Of a DNA stretch of 61,586 nucleotides, positions 1-10,332 are shown in pieces. A program made the position numbers and the translations under genes. Numbering within the stretch: the first letter of the stretch is position 1; each line of letters begins with the position of its first letter. The notes under the pieces were generated by a model that was not told the origin of the DNA, ran no database searches, and saw only the letters and a program-made list of their open reading frames with translations. Source of the DNA: Candidatus Nanoarchaeia archaeon (GTDB lineage Archaea; Nanobdellota; Nanobdellia; Woesearchaeales; GW2011-AR4); assembly GCA_035293285.1 (NCBI GenBank), contig DATDOM010000084.1, positions 1 through 61,586 of the forward strand, read 5' to 3'.

Positions 1-864
1 GACATTGACAATGATGCAAAAGCAGACAGGGCTATAAAAGTAATTGATTCGCTTGACAACCCCCACGGAATTGCATTTCTTGGTGACACAATTTATGTTG
101 CAAATGAAAAAAGCGTGATAAGCGCAAAAATGAATCCGGACCTGACTGCAGACCGGTCTTCAGTGAGAAAACTATTTGACCTGCCAGGCGGAGGGGGACA
201 CTGGACAAGGACGATACGAATCTATAATGGCAGCATTTATGTGAGTGTCGGCTCAAGCTGCAATGTATGTGTTGAAGAAAACCCGCAAAGAGCTTCAATC
301 CTGAAATGCTCGCTTGAAGGAAAATGCGAGGTATTTGCAGGCGGCACAAGAAACGCCGTAGGATTTGTATTCGGCAAAAACGGCACGCTGTATGCTACAG
401 AGAATTCAAGAGACCTTCTTGGTGATGACCTGCCTCCTGATGAAATCAACATAATCAAAAAGGGAAAAGATTATGGGTGGCCTTACTGCTACGGAAAGAA
501 CATTGAAGACCCGGAATACGGGGACGGAAAATGCACTTCAAGGGAACCTTCATTCATTGATTTGCAGGCCCATTCAGCTCCGCTTGGGATTGCAATAAAT
601 TACGGCGATGATTTTCACGAAGAATACAAGGGAAAAATGTTTGTTGCATATCACGGCTCGTGGAATCGCGAAATACCTACCGGCTATAAGATTGTCTCAA
701 TTGACATAAAGACAAAAGAGGTTTCGGACTTCTCAATTGGATGGCTCACCAAAGACAATAAAGTTTTAGGGCGGCCTGTTGATGTAATATTTGACAAAAA
801 CGGGATGATGTACGTGTCTGATGACAATGCAGGAATGATTTACAAGATTTTTTATGAGAACTGA
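1..864 (+). CDS. PQQ-dependent sugar (glucose/sorbosone) dehydrogenase-family beta-propeller protein, 5' end outside the window
   Basis: Frame 1 is open from base 1; the track only starts at the first Met (115). Motifs NPHGIAF, SSCNVC, PPDEIN, GKDYGWPYCYG, HSAPLGI, HGSWNR and GRPVDV...YVSDDNAGMIYKI are typical of the GSDH/sorbosone dehydrogenase family. Confidence 0.7.
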   Translation, partial: DIDNDAKADRAIKVIDSLDNPHGIAFLGDTIYVANEKSVISAKMNPDLTADRSSVRKLFDLPGGGGHWTRTIRIYNGSIYVSVGSSCNVCVEENPQRASILKCSLEGKCEVFAGGTRNAVGFVFGKNGTLYATENSRDLLGDDLPPDEINIIKKGKDYGWPYCYGKNIEDPEYGDGKCTSREPSFIDLQAHSAPLGIAINYGDDFHEEYKGKMFVAYHGSWNREIPTGYKIVSIDIKTKEVSDFSIGWLTKDNKVLGRPVDVIFDKNGMMYVSDDNAGMIYKIFYEN

Positions 865-873
865 CTTTATAAC

Positions 874-1839
874 CTATTTGTTCATTATGTAAATGATGCT
901 TTCAATCATGGCGCCATACATGCTGTCGCAGTACCCGTGGTTGCAGCTTGAATCATTGATGAGCGCAAATTTCTTTGGCTGCTGTGCATTTTGATACGTT
1001 GTTATTGCATTTTGCAATGGCACGCTTTTGTCGTAATAGTTCTGTATCATCACAATCTTTCTTGGTGATATGCTTGAAACATAATGGTCCGGGTCAATTG
1101 ATTTGAAGAAAATTTCTTTTTTCGTGTCGTTTAATTTCCCGACATTAAATCCTGCAGTGCTTATCGCGAGCGCCCCCCTTACATTTTTGTCAATGGCTGA
1201 AGCAATTATTGCAGTCCTTCCCCCAAAGCTCTCTCCTGCTATCATAACTCTTCTTGAATCAACAAACGGCGCGCCTTTTAGCAGGTCAAATGCCCTTAGT
1301 GCGTCAAAAACAACCAGGTGCTGGTATGGCTCTTTGCCTTCCAAAAACATTTTATAATCCTGCTCGAATGTGTTTATTGGCGATTTTGTTTCGCCAATAC
1401 CCCTGTGGTCTATTGTAAGCACTGCGATTCCAAGCTCCGCAATTTGCTCTGCAAGCGGCAGCTCGCTTTCCTTTGGCACTCCGGCACCTGGCAGCAGGAC
1501 AACTCCCGGCAAAAGGTTTGTGGCATTTTTTGGCAATAGCAATAATCCATATACATCCGTGCCGGCGCTTTCAAAAACTACCTTGCTTATCAAGAGCCTG
1601 TCAGTTTCCTTGTAATCTTCCCTGAGAAACTTAACTTCTCCCCGGTCCTCAGGATAAGCCAGGAAACCGTCAGAATCATAGGACCATAATGGATTTACAA
1701 GCGCTGAAACATTTTTATTTTCTTCAGGAGGATTAGGCGCCTGTTTTTTTGAATAGTTATTGTAGTAATAAAAACCACTTAAAACTACCAATGCCAGGAC
1801 AATGACTGCCCAAAAAATGCTTCTTTTCTTTATTTTCAT
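874..1839 (-). CDS. alpha/beta hydrolase (dienelactone hydrolase / S9-like) with N-terminal membrane anchor
   Basis: N-terminal hydrophobic helix IFWAVIVLALVVLSGFYY. Nucleophile elbow GESFGG. HRGIGET and a C-terminal NHGY region fit an alpha/beta fold. Confidence 0.65.
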   Translation of the reverse strand: MKIKKRSIFWAVIVLALVVLSGFYYYNNYSKKQAPNPPEENKNVSALVNPLWSYDSDGFLAYPEDRGEVKFLREDYKETDRLLISKVVFESAGTDVYGLLLLPKNATNLLPGVVLLPGAGVPKESELPLAEQIAELGIAVLTIDHRGIGETKSPINTFEQDYKMFLEGKEPYQHLVVFDALRAFDLLKGAPFVDSRRVMIAGESFGGRTAIIASAIDKNVRGALAISTAGFNVGKLNDTKKEIFFKSIDPDHYVSSISPRKIVMIQNYYDKSVPLQNAITTYQNAQQPKKFALINDSSCNHGYCDSMYGAMIESIIYIMNK

Positions 1840-3011
1840 ATTGCCTTGAGGATATTGTTTAGGTTTTGGATACTTATTGAGCGTTTATAAATTTTTGCCA
1901 ATGATATAATCCTGCTTTTGTCAATTGCAATATTTTTTCCACTTAATATTTTTTCCACGTTTCCGGATGTAATGAACTGGCAGAACTGCGTCACATTTTT
2001 TGGGTTTTCTGAACTCCGGCAGCGCTCAAAATCTATCATTTTCGGCGCAAGCGTTTTTCCTTTTTTAACTACAATTATATGCTTTACAGGATGGTGCATT
2101 TCTTCCTTGTCTATTTTTAATTTGTCCATTTTAAAGCACTGCCCGAGCGACTTTTTAAGAACATCCCTGATTTCATTTTTTTCATTATTTTTGAGAAATT
2201 CAATAATCGGAACACCATCAATGTAATTGTAAACAAAATAATCTTCTGAACCAAAAACCAGATTTGGCCCGATGCCGTGCCTGCTTAGGACCTTAATCCA
2301 TTTAGATTCGTTTGCAATCCTGTTAAATGCAGTGCTCTTTGGATTTTTTGCCTTGATTACAACTTTCTTTTTATTCAATATTCCTGTATATACAAAACCC
2401 CTGTGGCCTTTTGCGAGGTACTTTACATTTTTTATCCCCTTTGCTTCAAGAGTTTTCAAAAGACCACTTTTGAAAAGCCTGTAAACGTGCAAATCCTCAA
2501 AGAAAATGCGCATTCTTTCAAGCTCTTCAAAATCAAAAAGGATGCTTTTTACAAGCTCTTCCACCTTTTCTTTTTTTGTAAATGACGAGAAAACAATCAA
2601 AGCCAGCCCTTCCGGATTAAGATGGCCGCTTAAGCCACTGAGAAATTCCTCAATTACCTCATATCCTTTTTTTCCGCCTTCAAGCGCCAAGTCCCGGACT
2701 TTTAGCTCCTGCGGAAGATACGGCGGATTGAAAATTATTGCGTCAAACTTTCCTTTTATATTTTCAAACAGGTCTGACTGCAAAAATTTTATTTTCCTGT
2801 GCTTTATGTTTTTTTTGCAGTATTCGATGACTTCTTTTTGCACATCAGCTGCAATGACAGACTTAACTTTGCTGCTTTGCGCTGCTGAAATTGCCTGAAT
2901 CCCCGAGCCTGTTCCCATATCAAGCACTTTTCCAAAGGCAAATTTCCTGACGTGCTTTTCAAGCATTGTCGAGTCTTCCTGGGGGTCGTATACTGACTTG
3001 CAGTTTGGCAT
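1836..3011 (-). CDS. HemK/Mtq2-like SAM methyltransferase fused to a small Bud32/RIO-like kinase-fold domain
   Basis: The N-terminal half has VLDMGTGSGI (SAM motif I) and IIFNPPY (NPPY motif). The C-terminal ~190 aa has LAKGHRGFVYTG, VVIKAK and MIDFERC, which look like a kinase lobe. There is an ATGA start/stop overlap with the downstream hydrolase gene at 1836-1839. Confidence 0.55.
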   Translation of the reverse strand: MPNCKSVYDPQEDSTMLEKHVRKFAFGKVLDMGTGSGIQAISAAQSSKVKSVIAADVQKEVIEYCKKNIKHRKIKFLQSDLFENIKGKFDAIIFNPPYLPQELKVRDLALEGGKKGYEVIEEFLSGLSGHLNPEGLALIVFSSFTKKEKVEELVKSILFDFEELERMRIFFEDLHVYRLFKSGLLKTLEAKGIKNVKYLAKGHRGFVYTGILNKKKVVIKAKNPKSTAFNRIANESKWIKVLSRHGIGPNLVFGSEDYFVYNYIDGVPIIEFLKNNEKNEIRDVLKKSLGQCFKMDKLKIDKEEMHHPVKHIIVVKKGKTLAPKMIDFERCRSSENPKNVTQFCQFITSGNVEKILSGKNIAIDKSRIISLAKIYKRSISIQNLNNILKAI

Positions 3012-3122
3012 ATTGGATTTGAAGGCTTTGATGATTAATATCTTTTGTTATTTTTGTAATATTTTTGACAAACAGTTTTTTAGATTAATTAGCTATGTAC
3101 CACCAATATATATCAAACACAC

Positions 3123-3206
3123 GATAAATAGACTAGGCCTCGCCATTTCGCTCGGCATATATTGTTCATCAAATTCGCACATTCGCCCCATTTGGGCGAA
3201 AATTCG
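3123..3206 (+). repeat. intergenic structured repeat, family B copy 1
   Basis: GATAAATAGACTAGGCCTCGCCATTTCGCTCGGCAT...ATTCGCCCCATTTGGGCGAAAATT aligns with 5463-5566 and more loosely with 26234-26304. It contains two hairpins, the second being TTCGCCC/GGGCGAA. Confidence 0.7.
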
Positions 3207-3257
3207 CATACTGTGGTTACAGAACATTCTTTTTGTTACTATCATAAAATAGCAAAA

Positions 3258-3265
3258 TTTATATA
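3258..3265 (+). promoter_or_regulatory. TATA box (TTTATATA) for the 3290 gene
   Basis: The box centre lies about 27 nt upstream of the GTG at 3290, the same geometry as other genes here. Confidence 0.4.
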
Positions 3266-3289
3266 CTCGGAATAGATTTCACTAGCAGG

Positions 3290-4402
3290 GTGGTTAACAT
3301 CAATTACAGAAACATTTTGATTTTTTTAGTCGTTATGGTTTTTCTTGTCAATGTAGCGCACGCTGCAACAAACACAAAACTGATAATTACAGATGTTGAT
3401 GTAAACGTGGGCGGAAAAAGCTCAAAAAACCTTAATGACGGCGACCTGATAAGGCAGGATGCGGAGCCTGAAGACTCACTTGACTTCAAGGTAAATGTAA
3501 TGAACAATTTTTCTGATAATGAGGATTTTGACATTGATGACATTACGGTTACAGTCACAATAGACGGAATTGATGATGGGGATGACCTGGAAGAGGAGTC
3601 AACAGAGTTCGACTTAAACCAGGGAAATGACAAAAGCGTTTCTGTAAGATTTGATCTTCCACTCGAAGTTGAGGAAGACTCTTATGACGTCCATATTGTT
3701 GCTGACGGAAACGGCGAGGACGGAAACGACTATGGTGCAGACATCACTTTAAGGCTGGATGTGAACAAGAAAACACACCAGATCAAAATCACAAGATTCA
3801 CACTAAGGCCTGAGCAGGTATCCTGCAAAAGAAACAATCTGCAGCTTGACCTGGCTTTTGCAAACATAGGCGGTGATGACGAGAATGATGTTGTAGTAAG
3901 GATTACCAATGATGACCTTGGAATTGATTTTGAGGACACAATTGACGAACTGACAGCAGACCCATTTGACGATGACAGCAAATTTTCCGAGAACTTCAAT
4001 TTTGACGTTGCTGATGATTTGGAAGAGGGAACATACCCTATTGAGCTTAATGTATTATACAATAATGATAACGAGCGTGAAACTGCAACTGCAAGTTTGC
4101 AAGTTTCTGACTGCGGCTCTGCGGCACCGACGCAAAACGGCAATCAGGACACAAGCCAGAATTCACAGAATAACGTTGATGTAACAAATCAGCCAAGCGG
4201 CAATTCTAGAGGCACTCAGCCGCAGACAAACGCAAACAACAATCCGCCTCAATATGATTACACTGTTCCTGACGGTACTGTGGTTTCAGAGGAAGGCGTA
4301 GTGCAGAACGGGGCCTTGGTTGTAGGAATTATTATTGCAGAAGTTGTTATTGTAATAGTCGGAATTGCGCTTTTGATAATCCTGCTCAGGAAAAAGCAGT
4401 AA
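3290..4402 (+). CDS. secreted, highly acidic cell-surface protein with C-terminal transmembrane anchor (two CARDB-like halves)
   Basis: Signal peptide ILIFLVVMVFLVNVAHA/A. The body is very D/E-rich and has two similar beta-rich halves, followed by a Q/N/S/T-rich linker. The C-terminal helix GALVVGIIIAEVVIVIVGIALLIILL is followed by RKKQ. Confidence 0.55.
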   Translation: MVNINYRNILIFLVVMVFLVNVAHAATNTKLIITDVDVNVGGKSSKNLNDGDLIRQDAEPEDSLDFKVNVMNNFSDNEDFDIDDITVTVTIDGIDDGDDLEEESTEFDLNQGNDKSVSVRFDLPLEVEEDSYDVHIVADGNGEDGNDYGADITLRLDVNKKTHQIKITRFTLRPEQVSCKRNNLQLDLAFANIGGDDENDVVVRITNDDLGIDFEDTIDELTADPFDDDSKFSENFNFDVADDLEEGTYPIELNVLYNNDNERETATASLQVSDCGSAAPTQNGNQDTSQNSQNNVDVTNQPSGNSRGTQPQTNANNNPPQYDYTVPDGTVVSEEGVVQNGALVVGIIIAEVVIVIVGIALLIILLRKKQ

Positions 4403-4445
4403 TAACCTCATATATAATTACTTTAAAGTAGTTATAATGGAAACC

Positions 4446-4453
4446 TTTAAATA
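4446..4453 (+). promoter_or_regulatory. TATA box (TTTAAATA) for the TrmB-family gene
   Basis: The box ends 20 nt upstream of the ATG at 4474, implying a leaderless or near-leaderless transcript. Confidence 0.45.
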
Positions 4454-4473
4454 ATAAACAAATATTCCAGAAG

Positions 4474-5253
4474 ATGAAAATGCAGCAGGAAAAAAAATTT
4501 TTAATGGAGCTAAAACAGCATTTTAGGCTCAATATTTATGAAGTAAAAATATGGACTGCACTTCTAAGCAGGGGAATTGCATCCGCAGGCGAACTTGCCG
4601 ACATTTCAGGCGTTCCGAGAAGCAGGTGCTATGATGTTCTTGAAACCCTTGAGAAGAAGGGATTTATCATAATGAAAATCGGGAAGCCGATTAAATATCT
4701 TGCAGTGCAGCCGCAGGTGATTCTTGAGAGGGTCAAGCACAACATCAAAAGCGAGGCTGACGAGATTGCATCTCAGATTGAAAATATCAAGGAGACAGAA
4801 GAATTCAAGGAGCTTGAGCTTTTGCATACGACAGGAGTCCAGCATGTTGACATTGATTCGATTTCAAAATCCATTGTAGGAAGGACTGCAATCAACAGGT
4901 TCATCAAGGATATGGTTTTAAGCGCAGGGCAAAAAGTCGATTTTGTTTGCGCGCCTCAGAACACAGAAAGATGCGTCAAGCTTCTAAAAAACCTGCTTCC
5001 TAATCTTTCAAAGAAAGGGATAAACTCAAGAATTTTCTGCCAGTTTGACAATTCAATATCAAGGAAGCTTCAGAACTCTGAAGTAATTGACTACAATTCA
5101 AACACCACTTTTGTAAGCATAGACAACAAGGAAATGATTTTCTTGGTCTCAAATGAGAGCGCTGCTCCTGATTACGAAGTTGCAATCTGGATTAAAAGTC
5201 CTTTTTTTGTCAATGCGGTAAATATTCTTTTTGCATCAGGAAATTCAAGATAA
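4474..5253 (+). CDS. TrmB-family transcriptional regulator
   Basis: N-terminal winged HTH: IYEVKIWTALLSRGIASAGELADISGVPRSRCYDVLETLEKKGFI. The length and C-terminal domain are typical of TrmB. Confidence 0.75.
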   Translation: MKMQQEKKFLMELKQHFRLNIYEVKIWTALLSRGIASAGELADISGVPRSRCYDVLETLEKKGFIIMKIGKPIKYLAVQPQVILERVKHNIKSEADEIASQIENIKETEEFKELELLHTTGVQHVDIDSISKSIVGRTAINRFIKDMVLSAGQKVDFVCAPQNTERCVKLLKNLLPNLSKKGINSRIFCQFDNSISRKLQNSEVIDYNSNTTFVSIDNKEMIFLVSNESAAPDYEVAIWIKSPFFVNAVNILFASGNSR

Positions 5254-5321
5254 ACTAATTTTAGATTTTTTAATAATTCTTTTAAAGTTTTATTAGCCTA
5301 GAATAATCTAAAATTTTGCTA

Positions 5322-5433
5322 GGCTGCCGTCAATCTGCGAGCACCTTTGAGAAGTTGGTTTATGGAAAAAGAGGATTGCAAAGTGAATTTTTCCCTTAAA
5401 AGAACAACAAAAAAGTGCGAGCCGATGGCAGCC
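5322..5433 (+). repeat. intergenic structured repeat, family A copy 1
   Basis: About 85-90% identical by eye to the reverse complement of 12771-12872. It has a 10-bp terminal stem GGCTGCCGTC/GATGGCAGCC and an internal hairpin GGAAAAA-17 nt-TTTTTCC. Confidence 0.8.
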
Positions 5434-5462
5434 TAAAGCAGTTACTTTAATTTGAATCCTCT

Positions 5463-5566
5463 GATAAATTATATAGACTAAGGCTTAATAGTTACGCCTC
5501 GCCATTTCGCTCGGCATTTATTTATCACAAAATCTGCATATTCGCCAGCATTACGGGCGAAAATTG
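5463..5566 (+). repeat. intergenic structured repeat, family B copy 2
   Basis: It shares GATAAAT..TAGACTA.GGC, GCCTCGCCATTTCGCTCGGCAT and ATTCGCC...GGGCGAAAATT with 3123-3206, and carries an 11-nt insertion relative to copy 1. Confidence 0.7.
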
Positions 5567-5597
5567 CTGTTAAACAATCTTAACTAAATCAAAAAAC

Positions 5598-7028
5598 CTA
5601 TTCTGCTTTTGATTCAGAATTGCTTTCAGCCTTTGGATTATTTGATTGCTCCGAAGATTCTGATTTTTCTCCATGCCTGTCTGAATCTTCTTCTCTCGAT
5701 TCCATTTCACGGCTTTCATAGTTTTCTTTGGTAGGACCTTTTGAGTACATCTCCGATTTGCCGGTTTTTGAGCTTTTATAACTTCTTGATGATCTTGAAG
5801 AATGACTTCTTTGGCTCTTGGCTTCTGATTTTGAATTGGAGTCATTTACAATGCTTTCAAGATTTTCAGAATCAGAATTATCTTTGCCTTTATTTTTCGA
5901 ATACCCTCTGTATTTTTTGTTAAATGCCCGAAATGTGTAATTGGAACGGCTTTCAACATAATCATGAAGATCTTTTCCATTCAGCCCAAGCGCCTTTCCT
6001 TCTGCCTTGTAAGTTTGCTCAATTTTTTCAAGAATGCTGATTTCTTTGCTTGGCCTTGACTGAATTTTTTTGTAGGAATGGTTGGATGAGTAGGTTTTTT
6101 CATAATCACCTGCAATTTCTGCAAGCACACGATAAATATTTTCAAGCTTTTCTCCCTTGTGCCTTTGAGCCATTTTTGAATAGAACTCCATTTGCAATGC
6201 TCCCTGATATGCTTCAGAAAGCCTGTCGCCTTCAATTCCCAAAACGTGGGCAAACTCGTGAAAATAAATTGCACGTTTTTGTGCCTCGACTGCCTCCTTT
6301 CCTTCAAGGCCATAAGCAGAGCCCCAGTTTTTTACTATCTCTACAAATTCCTTGTTTCTTGCCAAAAAGCCGTGGTCAGGGTAATATGCTGCAACAAAGC
6401 TTGCATCCTGCACTCCAAGTGCAGTTATTCCCGGCCTCTGAGTTGACTTTGCGTCAATTCCTTTTTCTGAAAGAAAATCTATCCATTCTTCAAGCTCTGC
6501 TCTCATTTTTGGGTTGCTTAACATCTGCATCATGTCACCATAATGATTGCTGCGCTTTGAAACATAATATCCAACATTGTTAATTCCGACTGCATTTAAT
6601 ATTTCGTGCCCGACATATGTTTTTGTTGGAGTGTCCTGTCTATTTGGATAAAACTGCCTTAACTGGTGGCCTTCTATAAATCCCATATTTGGATGACTTG
6701 GAATTACGTTATAGTTTATTGGCTTAATATCAGTTCCTGCAGCTTTCCAGCCGTCGTGCCCAAACACATCATCAATTTGTGCTGAAAACCTTCCGTTTAC
6801 ATTATAATCTTTAATTGGAGAATACCATACATTGTTTGCAGACCTTTCAACTACGTATGAATCAAAAATCAAAGGTCCCCTGTCCTGAGCCTGCCCAAAT
6901 GAAGTCACTGTCAATGGAAGTGACTGCATTGATTTTATTTCAGAAGCATCAATTTTTAACTGGCTAGAGCGGCCTCTACCTCCAGGGTGCCCACTATAAT
7001 ATATTCCTCCTATCTTATTTTCTTTCAT
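5598..7028 (-). CDS. hypothetical protein with HExxH (HEFAH) zinc-metalloprotease-like motif and long S/K/E/R-rich disordered C-terminus
   Basis: Long ORF with no signal peptide. It has a single HEFAHVLGIEGD motif, and the last ~110 aa are low-complexity Ser/Lys/Glu/Arg. Confidence 0.45.
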   Translation of the reverse strand: MKENKIGGIYYSGHPGGRGRSSQLKIDASEIKSMQSLPLTVTSFGQAQDRGPLIFDSYVVERSANNVWYSPIKDYNVNGRFSAQIDDVFGHDGWKAAGTDIKPINYNVIPSHPNMGFIEGHQLRQFYPNRQDTPTKTYVGHEILNAVGINNVGYYVSKRSNHYGDMMQMLSNPKMRAELEEWIDFLSEKGIDAKSTQRPGITALGVQDASFVAAYYPDHGFLARNKEFVEIVKNWGSAYGLEGKEAVEAQKRAIYFHEFAHVLGIEGDRLSEAYQGALQMEFYSKMAQRHKGEKLENIYRVLAEIAGDYEKTYSSNHSYKKIQSRPSKEISILEKIEQTYKAEGKALGLNGKDLHDYVESRSNYTFRAFNKKYRGYSKNKGKDNSDSENLESIVNDSNSKSEAKSQRSHSSRSSRSYKSSKTGKSEMYSKGPTKENYESREMESREEDSDRHGEKSESSEQSNNPKAESNSESKAE

Positions 7029-7167
7029 ATTATCAATGATTTATTTTAGCGTGAAATCTAAATGCAGTTTGCCAACTATTTTACGATCACCTTTTTGAAA
7101 CCACCCTGATTTTTATAGAGTAACAGCTGAGAGAAAATTAAAATTAATAAAAAAAGAAAGAAATTAT

Positions 7168-7809
7168 TTAGTGGGCACCACTATATTGAGGTGTCATTTG
7201 ACCAGACATATAATCCTTCAAGCCTTTTATATACTCACTTAGCCTTCCTCTTGACATTGCTGCCTGAGCTTTTGAAAGCATGTCATTTAAAGCAGGACCC
7301 ACAGCCCTCAAGACACCCTCTTGGTCCTTTGCACTTTTTATATCTTTCACTGAGTCAAAATTTCCACTGGCATTAGCCAAGACTTCTGAATCGTGTGCTC
7401 CTGTTTTTACTGCAGACCTTAAGATGCCATTTTGCAATCTTCCTGAAGCATAAGATGATGCATTTTGAGTATACAACCCAAAAATCTGGTTAATAGCCGC
7501 CTCAGAAAACTTCCCATCTTCGATTGCACCCTCTGTCTTAAATATATCTCCGATCTCTCTGTCAGTAGGTGTAGTCTGTAATGGGTCAGTTTGATTTTTT
7601 GCTGCATAAGTTTTTCCATGGTCTGAAATATACCTCACTATTGCGGTTACATCTGGATGACCATCCTTATCTGCAGCCACATGGTACTCTCTTAATTCCT
7701 TTCTAAATTGATCAGGAGTCATAAAACTTCTGCTTATATCACTAATTAGCATTTCCAGCGGACCTGGAGTTGCGTGACTTTCTGAACCTGTTGTTTGTGC
7801 TGTTGTCAT
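7168..7809 (-). CDS. hypothetical protein
   Basis: 213-codon ORF preceded on the minus strand by AAAGGGGTGGATTAAAA-ATG (SD-like GGGGTGG). No motif recognised. Confidence 0.5.
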   Translation of the reverse strand: MTTAQTTGSESHATPGPLEMLISDISRSFMTPDQFRKELREYHVAADKDGHPDVTAIVRYISDHGKTYAAKNQTDPLQTTPTDREIGDIFKTEGAIEDGKFSEAAINQIFGLYTQNASSYASGRLQNGILRSAVKTGAHDSEVLANASGNFDSVKDIKSAKDQEGVLRAVGPALNDMLSKAQAAMSRGRLSEYIKGLKDYMSGQMTPQYSGAH

Positions 7810-8137
7810 TTTTAATCCACCCCTTTGGTATTGTTTTGTTCTTTTTATAGTTATTGTTGATTTTTATGTTATTGTGATTTGTTACTACTATACCATAGTA
7901 TCACTTGTATTTAAGCTTTTCGCTTCTGGAGTATCTATTTCTTAATCCAGGAAATTGGAGGTGTGATGGGCTGATGAGACCCACCCCACTAATATTCAAA
8001 AAGCTACTACTATTAAGTAATAAACTTATATTTAAATCTTTTGTTTTTGAGAATGGGTAGTATTTATTTACTATATTGAAAATAATAATCCTTTTGCTGA
8101 AATTATGATTCCCTTAGCTCTATAAAACTTTAATTGT

Positions 8138-8228
8138 GTTTTTACTTCAATCGGCCGTTTGACGGCCATGGTTACACTCGGCAAAATTTTTCCTGCCAAT
8201 AAAATTTTGCCTTGGAATATTGCAATGT
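8138..8228 (+). repeat. intergenic structured repeat, family C copy 1
   Basis: Aligns with 38867-38952. It has the hairpins GGCCGT-TTG-ACGGCC and GGCAAAATTTT-10 nt-AAAATTTTGCC, and a conserved GTTACACTCGG and GGAATATTGCAAT. Confidence 0.8.
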
Positions 8229-8286
8229 TAAGGCTAGAAAATACGAGGGGAACTTGGTAATTCATGAACTAAAGTGACAACAAAGC

Positions 8287-8294
8287 TTTATAAA
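8287..8294 (+). promoter_or_regulatory. TATA box (AAAGC-TTTATAAA) for the 8323 gene
   Basis: The box centre lies about 32 nt upstream of the ATG at 8323, which favours that ATG over the TTG at 8314. Confidence 0.45.
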
Positions 8295-8322
8295 TGAACT
8301 ATAATTAGCATAATTGGTTATA

Positions 8323-10275
8323 ATGCCAAAAAAAGAAAAGAAGCAATATAACGAAACCAAGAAGCAGGAGCCTCAAGAGTCTGGCGAGAAGCCAACAACA
8401 TCTGCCGAGGCAGAAGCTATTTCTAAACTGCCTGCCGACATTCAGGAAAAACTGAAATTAATACGCGAAAAGCTTGAGAAATTTCAAAAAAAAGTCATTG
8501 ATAAATTTGACAAATACATTTCAGGCATTGCACTTTTGCCGCCTCCAAGGCCTGAAACTCAGCAGCCTGTAATTGCGAACGAAGGAGTAAGTTCCCAAAT
8601 ACCCCTGCAAAACCCTGACTTAGGCCAGTCACTACAAACTCTCCCGCCAGTTATTGAGAACAAAGACCAGATTCACGTTCTTGTCTTGGTTGATGACTCT
8701 GACAGCAAGACAATGTCAAAGCAGGAACTAAAGGACAAGCTTACTGCGATAATCATCCAGATTGGCAAGGAAGTTGACCCAAATATCGTTCCTCAAACTT
8801 TGATTCTTTCCGAGCTTTGGCAGAATGTTTATGACGGAAAGCACGAGATGCTCCAGATGATTGCAATGTCTGCGCCGATTTTTGATGTAGGCATGCTTCA
8901 GGCGATAAAGATAGCCGAAGTTCACAAGACCATGGTTTTAAAGAAATTTGAAAAATACATTGTCTCTTATGTTTTGGCAGGCTCTCTTGTCCAGGGACGG
9001 GCAACGCAGACGAGCGACATTGACGTCTGGATTGTAATTGATGACACTGATGTCAAGAAAATGACGAGAGCCGAGCTTAAAGACAAGCTCCGGGCAATAA
9101 TAATCGGGATGGGGATTGAGGCAGGCGAATTGACCGGAGTTAAAAACAAGCTAAATATCCAGGTCTATATTTTGACTGATTTCTGGGATTCGTTAAAGGA
9201 AGCAAATCCCGTGATATTCACGCTTTTAAGGGACGGAGTTCCATTTTTTGACAGGGGAATCTTCATGCCCTGGAAGCACCTGCTAAAGATGGGCAAAATC
9301 AAGCCAAGCGCAGAAGCAATAGATATGTTCATGGGCTCTGGGGAGCAGATGCTGAGAAGAGTCCAGCTAAAATTGAATGAAATCGGGATGGAAGACACTT
9401 ATTATGCAATCCTTACTCCAAGCCAGGCAGCTCTCATGCTTTACGGAGTCGCGCCTCCTTCGCCGAAAGAAACTGGGCAGCTGATGCGAGAAATATTTGT
9501 AAAGAAAGAAAAGCTGCTTGAAGAAAAATATGTGCAGATTCTTGAAAGAAATGTTCAGATAAGAAAGGCAATTGAGCATGGAGAGAAAAAAGAGCTTAGC
9601 GGACGAGAGCTTGAAGAGCTTTTGACTGACGGCGACAAATACCTAAAAAGAATAAAACGCCTTTTTTCGCAGATTGAAAAAATAAAGGAAGAAAAGGAAA
9701 TGCTTAATCTCTATGACACGATTACCACAGTCTTGAGGGATGTTTTAAAACTTGAAGGAGTCGAAAAAATAAAGGAAAACGAGATTCTTAAAATCACTGA
9801 AGACAAACTGGTAACTGAAGGAAAGCTTCCTTCAAAATTCTTTCGAACATTAAAAGACCTTTTCAAGTCAAAAAAAGATTATGACGAGAACAAGCTTTCG
9901 AAAGTTGAAATAGAAAAAATGCATATGGAAGCGGGGCCTGTTATCAAATTCTTAGTTGAGCACATGCAAAGAAAACGAGGGAGAGACATAGAGAGAATGA
10001 AAATCAGAATCAAATACGGCAATAAATTTGGAGAAGTAATGCTTTTTGGAGACTATGCCTTTATTATTCCTGATATCGAAGGGCAGGACAAGGAAATAAA
10101 CAGGGCAAAAATAAATGGGAACGGGTCGCTTGGACAAATGGAAAAAAGCAGCTTTGAGGAGCTTGAAAAATCAATTGCATCGCTTGAAGTGCTTTCGAGG
10201 GTATCAATCAAAAACCAGATTTTTGACGACCTAAAATTAATATTCGGCAACGATATGGAAATATTCATGAACTGA
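8323..10275 (+). CDS. tandem nucleotidyltransferase-fold (Pol-beta superfamily) protein with helical C-terminal region
   Basis: The second domain has a canonical GSLVQGRATQTSDIDVWIVIDD motif. A first, degenerate copy (IHVLVLVDDSDSKTMSKQELKDKLTAIII versus DVWIVIDDTDVKKMTRAELKDKLRAIII) shows an internal duplication. The K/E-rich helical tail contains RKAIEH. Confidence 0.6.
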   Translation: MPKKEKKQYNETKKQEPQESGEKPTTSAEAEAISKLPADIQEKLKLIREKLEKFQKKVIDKFDKYISGIALLPPPRPETQQPVIANEGVSSQIPLQNPDLGQSLQTLPPVIENKDQIHVLVLVDDSDSKTMSKQELKDKLTAIIIQIGKEVDPNIVPQTLILSELWQNVYDGKHEMLQMIAMSAPIFDVGMLQAIKIAEVHKTMVLKKFEKYIVSYVLAGSLVQGRATQTSDIDVWIVIDDTDVKKMTRAELKDKLRAIIIGMGIEAGELTGVKNKLNIQVYILTDFWDSLKEANPVIFTLLRDGVPFFDRGIFMPWKHLLKMGKIKPSAEAIDMFMGSGEQMLRRVQLKLNEIGMEDTYYAILTPSQAALMLYGVAPPSPKETGQLMREIFVKKEKLLEEKYVQILERNVQIRKAIEHGEKKELSGRELEELLTDGDKYLKRIKRLFSQIEKIKEEKEMLNLYDTITTVLRDVLKLEGVEKIKENEILKITEDKLVTEGKLPSKFFRTLKDLFKSKKDYDENKLSKVEIEKMHMEAGPVIKFLVEHMQRKRGRDIERMKIRIKYGNKFGEVMLFGDYAFIIPDIEGQDKEINRAKINGNGSLGQMEKSSFEELEKSIASLEVLSRVSIKNQIFDDLKLIFGNDMEIFMN

Positions 10276-10332
10276 TTTTTTCTATAGAAACATTAATAAA
10301 CTTTGAAATCAGGAAATCCCCTGGTGGTTGAA